The notes under the pieces are model-generated. The model was not told the origin of the DNA. It searched no databases and was given only the letters and a program-made list of their open reading frames with translations. This document shows, one piece after another, positions 13,263-24,750 of a stretch of DNA of 42,315 nt. Source of the stretch: Phoronis australis (taxonomy: Eukaryota; Animalia; Phoronida). The stretch lies in assembly GCA_002633005.1 (NCBI GenBank), contig NMRA01000961.1:45896-88210 (forward strand), read 5' to 3'. Position 1 is the stretch's first letter. Each line of letters begins with the position of its first letter. Both the position numbers and the translations under genes were made by a program.

Positions 13263-13414
13263 TGTGGTGATATTCCTTAGGCTTTAGTAGACTGGCGCCA
13301 CCTTTTATTTCCTCTCATAAATTAGTGTTGCAATATAAGTCACATTCTTGAATGTCGCCGTCTTTATTGGTGTTGTCTCACTTCTGTTGACAGGAACTGT
13401 TGTTAACTATAACA
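13263..13414 (+). repeat. 5' LTR of the Gypsy element
   Basis: TGTGGTGATATTCCTT...TGGCGCCACCTTTTATTT...TCGCCGTCTTTATT...TAACA, with TG..CA ends; homologous to 17639-17793. Confidence 0.88.
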
Positions 13415-14956
13415 TGCTGTCAGCGATTTGACGTTAAATTCATGATGGGACGAGCTGTGCTTTTTGAGTAGTCGGCTCTTGAGGTTGAGCTGTTTTGCGT
13501 TGAAAATTTTCTATCATGGCAGACAGTAGTTCCATGGTTGGCCGTGTGAGGACACCGCAGCCACTTGATCGGTTGCTTGGCAATATATTGTTTTCGTCGT
13601 CAGTAGGATTTGTATGCTTATGCTTCGGGGCTAAACAGATAACAAGATGAACGAGTATTGGATTTTACTCCAGTGCACACGATGGGTGAAGAAGCTATTT
13701 AGACATTTAACAATTTCAACGAATTCACAGTTAGCAAGATGTGGTCTTCATTTGAGATATATCACAAAAAGAACATCACATACGAAGGACACAAATTTTT
13801 ACCCACTGACAGCCAGGAGGGTGAAACCATCCGTTTTTAAACAACTTGAGGCTATGGGCAAAAGAGTATGAGTTTGGGTATTTAAAAAAATCTCTCAATA
13901 GAGACAGAGTGGTCAGTACAGCGATGCCGCCACTCAGGGAAAGACTTTTGCGGAAAGCGGACCTATAGCTGGATGAATGTATAGACGTGTGCAGGCCTGC
14001 GGAGACGGCTAAGGCAAGATCTCAAGAAGCAGATATGGGAACTGCTATCTCTGTGAATGCAACAAATGTGTATCACTAGCCTGTTGATAATACACCATAG
14101 CCGCGATATGCCAAGCCTTCACACCCTGTTACCAAGTCAGCGTTGTCCGCTGCGATACACTTTTCTGGTGAACAGTTTGTGCGTAATATTTGTTGACTGA
14201 GACACGGAAAAGGGTTTTGCCCTGCATTTGGCAAGACCTAGATTGTATCCTGCTATAAAGCAGATAAAAAAGTACATGGGTCGTACTATTCCATGCACTG
14301 GCAAGTGCTTATTGGATGCCAGATTAGATACTGGCTTGGTTAAATGCCTATTCATTGTGGTGAAAGTTAATCGACAGCCCATTTTTGGATTGACAGCATG
14401 CGAGAAATTTGGTTTTGTTAGGCGAACCGCGACCCCAACAGTAGATACAGTGACGTCTGTCAAGAATTATGACGACTTGAAAAATACGTACAGCGACGAG
14501 TTTGAAGGACTTGAATTAATTCCAGGTGAACTTAGTATCAGTATTGATGAACCAGTGAAGCCCGTTGTTCATGCTTATCGCAATGTACCATTTATGCTGT
14601 AAGACGAGTGGACGGAGCAGCTTTTACGAATGGAATGTATGAGAGTTGTTGAAAAGGTTTACAAACCTACGGGATGGGCGAGTTCTTTAGTAATTTTAGA
14701 AAAGAAGGATGGTAGTCCGCGTGTACATGTATGTTTAGATCCTAGAGATATAAACAAAGTAATTTAACGGGAGCATTTGTCGTTGCCGTCGAGAGAGCAA
14801 ATTTTGTCACAGTTTGGTAATGCTGCCGTATTGAACAAACTAGATGCTAGTCAAGGATCTAGCAATTAAAGCTTGATTAGAAACGTAAAGATCTCCGTTT
14901 TCACAATCCATTTGGGCGTTTCAAATTTTTAAGATTACCGTTTGGCATAAGCTGCG

Positions 14957-15847
14957 TGTCAGAATAAATATTGATTTTTAATTAGTAAGAATAGATCCAT
15001 TTTAATTTGCCTAAAATTTGTGCATATGTACTTTTAAATCATGGGCTCAGACTTGTTTGACATGTACTTTAACGTCAAAATCTAATTTTAAATGGTGTTG
15101 ACAACTTTGGGTTCTGGGGTCAAAGTACTCTAGAGATTCTAGAAAATTCTAAGAACAAACTGTAACAGCCAATGATATGATTGGATATGATCTTGTGGTT
15201 TTTAATAACCAATCCCTAAATAAGTAAAATATCATAATATGAGCTTAAGTCAACAAGATATTTAGATGCGCTATAATAGTTGAAGCATAAATGCTTGCTA
15301 CAGTGTACAGAGGAAATTGTACGACAGAGTCATTTCGTGGAAGAGTGTAGAAAGGATCTAGGCAAGGTCAAGGGTTAACGAACAGGAAGTTAAGTAAAAG
15401 TTTGTCGCTTGCATCTTGGGTAGTAAGATACTACCTGAAGCGTTGCGTCATCAGTCAGAGACTGTGACCAGCAAGAAGAATCGCGGGTAGAAGAAATTGC
15501 CTGCAAGTAGTGCATCACCTGAGACGGTGAACAGCAAGTACACTGTCGCTATACAGTGTGTGTAGTTCGAAGATTCACCAACAGGACAGTCATTTAAAGA
15601 AGTGGAGAGTTCTAGCTTTGATAGCAGATAAGGCATTTGATTATTTTGGTTAAGTAATCTTTAAAGAGTGGGCTAGCGTAGTTACTCTTCTTGTAGTTGA
15701 TTACTTAATTAACAATAGGTTTCACTTGTCTAATTAGGGGTTATCATATAATAAATTAATTACTGGATTTGATTATTCACTCTCCATCTACGCACAATCT
15801 CAAAGCATAGTTACCTTTTACACAAATCCACCGTCAATTGTCTGACA
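14957..15847. mobile_element. Solo LTR (891 bp) of a different LTR retrotransposon, inserted in the Gypsy RT
   Basis: ctgcg|TGTCAGA ... TCTGACA|ctgtg: TG..CA ends, a 7-bp terminal inverted repeat and a 5-bp TSD with one mismatch. Removing it restores RT LPFGISCANELYHK. Confidence 0.85.
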
Positions 15848-17638
15848 CTGTGCAAATGAATTGTATCACAAGAACATTGAGCACATAGATGGAGTCGATA
15901 CGTTAATAGGTGATATCGCTATTTGTGGAACAACGCCACAGGAGCATGACGAGAGATTGAAGGTTTTTGATATCGCACGTGAGAACAACCTTAAGTTTAA
16001 TTAAGGAGAAATGTGTTCTTGGCGTGAATGAGCTTACCTTTCTTGGTGATGTTCTGTCTGTTGATGGTTGTAAACCAGATCCGATGAAGACAACAGCGAT
16101 TAGAAAACTGCCATGTGCAGAGAATCAGAAGGACATCCAGCATTTTCTTGGCATGGTAAACTATCTAGGTTAATTCATTTCCGGATCTGTGCGCGATTTC
16201 TGCTCGACTCAGAGAGCTAGTAGAACAAAAGAACAAGTTTACGTGGGACAAGACACTGAAGGATGCTTTCTTGCATCTCAAAGAGTTATTGTCAGGGGAA
16301 AAACTTCCTATAATTTTATGACCCCGCAAAGCAAGTCAAAATTTATGCTGATGATTCACCAATTCGGACTTGGTGCGGTGTTATTCCATCAGCACCATTA
16401 TGTCTGGAAACCGATCGCGTATGCATCACGGTCATTGAGTGATGCAGAAAAATGGTAAGCGCAAATAGAAAAGGAACTAGTTACTAAGGTACTTGCGTGC
16501 GCAAATGATTGATCGATTGTTTGATGCGAATACAGCGTTTATCATTACGGCTGCGGAATTATGACTTTGAGGTCGTGTAGGTCTATACCCCAGGTATATT
16601 GATGTATGCTGCTGATACATTATCTATGGCTGTTGAGCCATCTGTAATACCCAATAATAACTCTCCTGTGGAACAGTATGTTGATTTCGTTATGGAAACA
16701 GTGGAGTTCTATCAAGACAAATTGCAGACAATCAGAAAACAAATAGATAGTGACGATGCCTTGAAGAGCCTTAAATCCAATGTACTGAGTGGATGGGCTG
16801 ATATTCAGTCAAAGTCCCCAGACGACATACGTGCCTTCTGGAACATTCGCAGTGAAATATCTGTTATTGACGTGATTTTGTTCAAAGGAAGTCCTGTTAT
16901 AGTTCTTCGCTCCATGCGAAAATTGATGTTGAGCAATATTCATGAAGATCAAGTGGGAGAAGAAAAGTGCAAAACACGATCGAGCCAGGGAAGTATTTTT
17001 CTTCTATAATATGAACAGTAATATCAAAGAAATGGTATCTAGTTGCAGTGTGTTCTTGCACTTTAGAGATGCTCAACCCGAGGACTCTCTGAATCCAAAT
17101 GCGATAGAGACTACACCTTTTAGCAAGGTAGGCGTTGACATTTGTTAATACGCTGGTAAGTCGTATTTAGTGACGCTTGATTTCTAGTCATTATACCCTG
17201 AAGTTGCATCTCTGACTCAAGCTTCTAGCCGTGCTGTGAATGGTGCGTTAACGTCGTGTGCTCGGGTGAAGGATTTTGTCAGTCATAAGTGGCCTAAAAG
17301 CGGTATAATTCGTGATGAAGATGGCAATAGGACGTTAAGCATACAGCTTGCTGATGGTAGTTATATACGGTGTAGTAGACAACACTTGTTAAGAATGAGG
17401 TAAATCAGGACATTTGATACTGTAGGCCTGAGTTGTGTACTGGCAATGATGTGCCAGACAGTGGTCCTGCGAATACATTTTCACCCGTAGAAAAACACTT
17501 TGAGCCACGTCTCTCTGGACGAATCAGACGTAGGACAAGTAAGCCTTTTGAGGATATTTGTAGTCGAATTGGCAACCATACTGATAATTGATAATATTCA
17601 AGTGCATTGTACTTTATTTATTTTTGACGGAAGGAAGA

Positions 17639-17793
17639 TGTGATGATATTCCTTGGGCTGAAGAGTGGCGCCACCTTTTATTTTCTCTCATACGTGTGCT
17701 TAGTGATGCAATATCAGTCACGTTTTTGGAACCTCGCCGTCTTTATTCATTTGTTCTCACTTCTATTGACGGGAAGTATTGCAAACTGTTACA
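17639..17793 (+). repeat. 3' LTR of the Gypsy element
   Basis: TGTGATGATATTCCTT...TGGCGCCACCTTTTATTT...TCGCCGTCTTTATT...TTACA, immediately after a polypurine tract. Confidence 0.88.
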
Positions 17794-18919
17794 CTTGTGG
17801 AAGTAAATTCCAAGCAGCGATTTTGAGATCGTGGGATAAAAGGTACGGTGGTCCAAAGATGACATCGGGCGTTTCTTATCGAGATCCCGAGATAATTTTC
17901 CTTATTGCGTCGATGTATGGTGTATGTATATACAACTTGATAACGACGTCAAAGGAAGTGCCGACCCAAAAGAAAACATTTTCACCCGGATTGCTAACGT
18001 TACAAGTTATTTGCGAAGTGAACGTCGTGTTCAGTCGTGGAATTCAAATGACAAAATTTTGTTCCGTTGTTGATAACGTGTTGGGTGGCTAAACGAGCTA
18101 ATCGTTTGAGTCTACAATGAAGATTGCTGGAAGAAGTGGGTGGTTTAGTAGGAAATTAGTTTAAGTCGTGTTTGTGTTTAACTTGAAACTACATCACTAC
18201 CGCTGCTACATACGATTTCTGGTCGTGCGATCTTTGGAGTTTCAGAAATCACTCATTATTTTAGGAGAACGTAGTTGTGACGTACGAAATACGTGAATGT
18301 TTCTGCAGAACTACTTAATATGTAGGTTGCACATGTAACGCAAAGCATATATACAAATTCCGCCGCATCGACTTCAGAGAAGAAGAATTAAATACACAAA
18401 GATAGATGTTTGTTCTCCACGGCCTACTGCAATCATCAGCTGAGCGCCGTGCTTCCTCAAGATTCCGGTCCATTAAACTCAGGATCTCTCCACACGGTGG
18501 GCTCTCAACAGCTGGTCGATGTAGTTGCGTTGCATTTGGCTATGAAGTCTCAACACCATTCTAATAATTATCGGACATGTACTTCCGCATAATCCAATAA
18601 TTTGATATTTTGAGAAACCCGACACCAGCAAAACGTTCAAAATACACGTGTTCAGGAACGACGCCTTGGAATAATGATTGGGGTAATCCAAATGAACAAG
18701 CTCACTCAAATCTGAAGTTGCGCTCGCGAATTTACAACCACCAGCCTCCCGTTCAGTAACGCTAGGACATCGCTAAAAAGCAAGGCTTCGCAAGATTACG
18801 TGAGATATTGCCCTGTATTTTAAATGAGATCACCTGACTTTGGCTAGATTTTAACTAGGTCCTATCGTAGGTCCTAGCGTTAATGAACACACGCCAGAAT
18901 ACTGCTTAGTATCTGCGAA

Positions 18920-19063
18920 ATACGGCTTCAACTGTTGTATACAGCTTTTGCCTTGTATACGGCTTTTGCCTTGTATACGGCTTTTGCCTCGTATACGGCT
19001 TTTGCCATGTATACGGCTTTTGTCTTGTATACGGCTTTTGCATTGCATACGGCTTCTACCGTT
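18920..19063. repeat. 18-bp minisatellite, about 8 units (consensus ATACGGCTTTTGCCTTGT)
   Basis: Directly visible head-to-tail units with degenerate first and last copies and no spacers. Confidence 0.92.
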
Positions 19064-21974
19064 CTGTACGTATTAGCTCTACTTCCCCGTATTTCACACT
19101 TGATAATGTGAAGTATACAATGTCCATATTTTGATATTTATGGGAAAATTATTTTATTAGACGAGATTAATAAAGCAAAGAGAAGACTGAAATCTCATCA
19201 GATACGTCCATAGTGTTCGGCATGATGACGTCTTTTTCGTCGGCAACAAGTCAAACATTTGTTTAAGTCCTTCGTCACAATCAGGTACATGTACATCCAA
19301 ATACGACCTCAAGTTCGTCATCTCCTACAACACCAACGCAGTTCTCACCACCGATCTGTTCTTGTATGTGATACATTATGTCCGGGTGTGTGTGTGATGA
19401 ACGTTTCGAGATGTTAATTCGAAAATAATATATGTGTTCCAAAGGAAACGAGCGTTGTCCAATTCACACCTCACCAAACCCATATAACAGTATCTAATGC
19501 AATGGATGTCAGTAGAACGGGACGTATCAATTATGCCTTGGTTTTCAAGATCTTTAAAGTGGTCTGTCCATCTGTAAGTGCGGACGCATTCTGCTAAAAT
19601 TTGGAATAGTTTGGCTTTACACGCAATTTGTTGTTGGGTTTTGTGTTGGTGATGCGGTTTCTACCGCGTTTGTTTTCCGACGTGATTTGGCGACAAAAAT
19701 GCCAAAAGAATGCCAAAATCACAAATTCAAGGACCTAACTCAGTGATGCCATGGCAGACGGTCTTCGCACATCCGGGTTTGACGGACGCTCCTGGGCTAA
19801 ATCCGAAAGTCTAATTTCGCGCGGCTTTTGCCGTCAATCCATCGACTACTTGATCATGAGAAGCAGAGAGCACTTTATTGCCAAATAAATGTAATTACTC
19901 ACATATTTGTGTCAAATATAAATTATCCTGATACTGTATTGATATGCGAAGTTTTTTTGTGTACTGTGATTTCTTATGGAGGTTTTACTTTTGGCCAAAA
20001 GCATTGAGTTAACTCGTCGGCCACGCGCATTGTAATACTTGCACGGACTGCATTTCCTGGTCGAGTGTGTGTTGTGCTTCAATGAAAAAAGTGCGTGATG
20101 TCAAGATGAGAAACAAGATACCCCAGTTTATGCAATAAAATTCTAAGTTAAAGGCTAAGATGAGCCGTCAGTGGAATAAAGTTACAAATAATCATTAAAA
20201 TACTAACTTTAACATTCTCAATTAGTTGAGTTTTGGATTAGAGTTATTGAATTTGAAATATAGGTTGCTTGCTCAAACTCGAAGTTTCACCTACGTCAGG
20301 CGTACAAGTTGAAGCACAACAGACATCCGCCATGTTTACTATTACAGGTCCTTGAATTCAGAGTTTTGAGATTGTTTTGGAAATTCCATCGCCAATTCAC
20401 CACTCACGAAGACAGTTAATGGGATCTAGGAAAGATAAGGCTTCGAAGGTTTATGCAACACTAGACTGAGGGAGGTGCACGCAGATTTTATTTGGATTTT
20501 GGACGGTTGAAGTTGGGAGCCTCGGCTTGACAAAGTTTAAGTGTCCAACCTTTATGTTTTCTTATATATATATTATTGAGTGACGTCATTTGCGATAAAC
20601 TCAATCGCCTGTGATCCGAATCAGGCGGCTTAGTCAGGTCTCAAAATCCGTGAATGACACAATAATCGTTAAATCGTGACCTCCACAATACAAAGTCTTC
20701 CCGCCTGTTGCTGTCCAGCACGGGTAACTTCACCGACGGCATTTTTATTATTTACCAACAACGCAATATGCTACGAGAGGGTCCTGGAGACAATTGATAC
20801 CATTCTCGATTGCGCTCGAGGCACGCGCGAGTCTTCTGAATTGTTCCGAGAGGGGTTGAGATAATTGACTCGGAGTTGTCTCGGAGGCGGCGTGAGAGTA
20901 CAAATTTTGCGAAATTTCACAAGTATGTTTTCAGCAAAGACACTTACTTTTGCACAAATGGGTCACTTTGTCCGTTTCTTTGACATATCCCACTCCTGAC
21001 ACCAAGTTTCGGATAGCTGTCAAGCGTAATTCACTGAGATATTCCCATTAATGACAACAACGCATGTTTCCGTCTTTCAGTAACTTTATTGTAACTCTCA
21101 GAACAACCCACAGATGTCACTATCTAACAGTAGTAACTCGACCGATAACGTCTCTGTATTCAAATGACCTAGACGTGAAAGTTGCTCGTATATGACATCG
21201 GTTTGTGCGCCTTATAAGTGTGGAATGTCATTGAGGAACATGCGATTAGGTTGGCAGCCACCACTTGCTCGGTACATTTCAAAGATCCGTGTTTCAACCG
21301 AACACAGAAGCGGCGGTACGTTGAATAACTCGTCAAGTTGTAAGTGCATTTGCAAATTTTATACATAACGAACAAACTGCTTTCATTCTAGGGTGAGTGG
21401 TGACAGGTCCTCATCTCCAGATCAAGTGCTACGACACATAGGCTTATGCATTGTGTTTAGTCCGTGCTCATTCCGTCATAGCAGTAGTGAATACGAGTGA
21501 CCCAAGTTTACTTTGGCATTTGACAGACATATTATTTAGTATCCGTTTTGCATAATAGTTGTCCACTTCTCGCTCAAAATCGTCCTCATCTTCTGATCTG
21601 CTTTGTTAAGCTATTGCAATTGATTGTCAAGGGACCAAACGTCTTCCATCATGGGTGGGAAACTTCGAAATAACTAATTTTTCTTTAAATTTTTAAGATT
21701 CGCGACTATTTGGCATGAAGAAGTGCTTATTGAGTTAGATTTTATGGTATTCATTTCGTATTAGCTAACTGGAACGCGAAAACTAAAAAATGCGGGATGT
21801 AAAAGGGTTTGAAGTCCGCACAGTGAAAATTTAGAATCAAGTGCCATACACATCACACTCGAATCGGACATGAAATTTAAGTCTCACGCACCGACTTTGA
21901 GATCGCGTGAACGCTTTTATCTCCAGAATTATTAGGCGAATATATACACAAAACGTACCGAGAGCATGGTATAT

Positions 21975-22067
21975 GAAGTAATATCCCACGAGACAATAAT
22001 CCGCGTTGAGACCGAGAGCGAAGTTCGAGGTCGATACTCGGAATAAGGTCGAGTGGGATATTACTTC
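21975..22067. repeat. Inverted repeat/hairpin, probably the core of a non-autonomous TE
   Basis: GAAGTAATATCCCAC ... GTGGGATATTACTTC, a perfect 15-bp inverted pair about 60 bp apart. Confidence 0.6.
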
Positions 22068-23332
22068 TTGTACGCGAATCGAGGTACGCTTTGTATTTAT
22101 CCCATGTGCTTCGGATCCCTGCATTTTGTCGGCATATTTTTCAAATACTTCTTCCAGACGGTCCACATGGTGGATCACATCCTATATGCATGTACTTGCG
22201 CTATTCGTTTCAAGTTTTCTCTTGTAAAAGGAATGATTTATTTCTTGAAAAGAAGTAGCAAAGATGAAAACAACGGCAACCGAGCAGTGAACTTGTAACA
22301 TCTCCTGGAAATAGTTAAAAAAACAATATTTCATATTTTAATTTCCTAGGAATCGGAGCCTGAGTTGCTGACGATAGACTATTCAGCAATTGAAAACTGA
22401 GACATAAGTGTCTGATAATTAACAGTTTTGTTCCAGATTTTACGTTTACTGCATGGTTGCATGTCGAGTGGTAATTACACTGTTGCAACAGTGTTACTTT
22501 CAACTATATTCGGAAAGTTTGATGACCGAGCCGGCTCAGAAGACGTCGAGTGGACATTGACCTACTATTTGAACTTTCCATGCCGGAGGTCGCTGTTAAA
22601 GTAGTGCGGAGGTGAATACGGAAAACTTTATTTCATGGCTGTATTTCCATCCACAGATTCAACGCGCGTGGGATAAAACTGCATGAAAATCAAACCTTTA
22701 GGAATAATTTATTTACACGAAGTTTCGACTTTTTAATATTGGCTTGCCTTTCCGGAATTTGTGTTTTTAAACTACACGTGAAATCATGGACCAAAGCATT
22801 CACCGAAGTCCTTGGCTGGCATTAGGGTCACTCACACTTAAATGACTTCATTAGGTCAAAAACTGAGCACACAAGATGGAAAACGATTTGATTCGTTGTT
22901 GTTAGAGTACGTATAAACAGCAAAATATGCCAGGCAAGACCGTTTGCGGTTTTCTTAACATGTCAGTGGTCTTTTATTATGTTAGTAAAAATTCCTCCCA
23001 TTGTTGTGGTGTACACGCACATCACCAAGTGGTGGAAAGCCTTCCAGTGGAACTTAAACTCTGCTTACAGAGCTCAACATTGACTTCTGTGTGTTAAGCT
23101 TCAAGAGACCTCGAGATTTCTCACCACCCAGGTAGTCAATACAGAAAGCACCTTTGTCGGACATTTCGAAACCACATTTTGGGGAAAAAGTTGATCAACA
23201 AATCTATTTTCCGACTAGTAACATCTTACAAAGATTAACACCTAAGTATACTTTTCAAACAAATGGTTAATCAAGTTTAAGATTTTTCTTTTTCTTTCAA
23301 AAATATCTCAAATTGGCGAATCAAGCATTTTA

Positions 23333-23540
23333 GGGGAAACTGGGAAAAGATAGGCAATAAACTAGAAATCATGCCCAATCGTGAACAGTGAACGAGGTAC
23401 ACTTGGCTCAATATTAGGCTTGACCTCTGGTGATCAAGGAATGACTATGTGCAGCAGCTGCTTAGAGATCAGTAGTATCTGGCAAAGTAGGAAAGGGTTG
23501 GCCTTTAAAAATGGTGGGGCTTATTACCCCTACTTTCCCC
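23333..23540. mobile_element. Possible pogo/Tc1-mariner-type MITE
   Basis: TA-GGGGAAACTGGGAAAAGATAGGC at the left versus GCTTATTACCCCTACTTTCCCC-ATA at the right; imperfect TIRs with TA-like flanks. Confidence 0.4.
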
Positions 23541-24244
23541 ATACACAAATTATCAGATTTGAGTAACAGGCATTAAGACTATGATATAGCCTACATAAAC
23601 AGTAAATCACATCTAACTTGCTGTCGCAAAAGTTTTGTGTGATGCCAAATACATGAAGGACTGTCATTTGCCATGCCAAAAGTCACCACTTGTAGCGTGG
23701 TCCCGAGTCCAGTCAGGCGAGGTTAATACACTATATGTATCACAAATAAACAGTTCTTCTTATACACCTTCTAAGTTTCATAAAAGCACCCCTTTGAATA
23801 TATTATGTACAAAAGGTATCAAAAAACTTTAGCCTATTACTTAATATCATATCAAAAATGTGACAATTACCTCACTAGTAACTTGCAAGATCTCACTTAA
23901 AACGAGGCATTCAGAGCCCAAAAATACACATCTTTCAACTGGTTTAAGTAACAATATAGACACATTCAATTCTTAAAGGAGGTCAAACTTAACGAAAATG
24001 AGCAGTACTCTCTTTGAATAGACTTTTCAAAATTCAGTTGCCCTAACAGACAATGTGCAAGGTAGTTCTATAAGTGTACATGTGATTTGAATTCCTGTCA
24101 GCAACTCGTTTTGTTTAACCAATTTAACATCACTGATTCAATATTTTTTAAAGGTAAAATGTAAAGTTACAAAATAGCAAGCTGAGCAACATACATGTTT
24201 GATATTTGTTTGTATATGTAAGAACTATAAAGTGATGATAACGA

Positions 24245-24470
24245 AAGCCCCCATTTGGTCTTATAAGCGCTAAAAAAAGTCCACAGCGGCACAGTCCATA
24301 CTGCGGAACTAGTCATTCCTATGGCATCATTCCCAGCTGCATGGAGAGTACCGTTATTTCTATCATTGCAGCCATATCCACCGCAACATTCATTAGTTCA
24401 GCTTGTACTCGCTTTGCCAACCTCGCACCCACTTACACCTGGGTAAAGATTAAACAAGTAGAAAAAGTGT
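24245..24470 (-). mobile_element. Degenerate SINE fragment
   Basis: ACCCACTTACACCTGGGT resembles the reverse complement of the conserved ACCCAGGTGTA(T)AAATGGGT segment of invertebrate tRNA-SINEs. An AGCGCTTATAAG LINE-like tail lies at the minus-strand 3' end. Confidence 0.35.
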
Positions 24471-24750
24471 TAACAAAAACCCAACCTGGGCAAAATCCCA
24501 TGACTTAAATACTAAGAGATGAGGAAACGTTCTCCTTCTTCAAAATTCACAAAATTTAAACTTCCTGGGCGCAATTTATATTAGAATTAAGTCTAAAAAA
24601 GGCACCCGTTATTCGGGAAAAGTTTTGATATTGTACAAATTCAATTGCCCATGGCAAAACACAAACACTTATGGTTTTGAGATTGCGCAGTCCTAGTTCT
24701 GCTTTTTGTGATAAAAACAAGAATTTAAATTTTAATTTGGAATCCATTAA

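Larger units (their letters stand above)
13263..17793 (+). mobile_element. Full-span degenerate Ty3/Gypsy LTR retrotransposon
   Basis: Paired LTRs, TSD CTTGA/CTTGT, PBS-like TGCTGTCAGCGA after the 5' LTR and PPT GGAAGGAAGA before the 3' LTR. Domain order is gag-PR-RT-RH-INT: VKPVVHAYRNVPF, VCLDPRDINK, KLDASQG, PFGRFKFLRLPFGIS, FLGMVNYLG, GLGAVL..PIAYASRSLSDAEK, and integrase LSNIHEDQVGEEKCK..PFSKVGVDI. Many stops and frameshifts. Confidence 0.92.

Noticed and set aside
17640-18092. 150-aa ORF as a gene
   Set aside because: It starts inside the 3' LTR, runs into flank, and has no recognisable motif.
18920-19063. CRISPR-like array
   Set aside because: Units are contiguous with no unique spacers, there are no cas genes, and the context is eukaryotic.
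21540-21720. THAP-like remnant on the minus strand (SKFPTHDGRR)
   Set aside because: It lacks the CxxxxC and CSxHF motifs; too weak.
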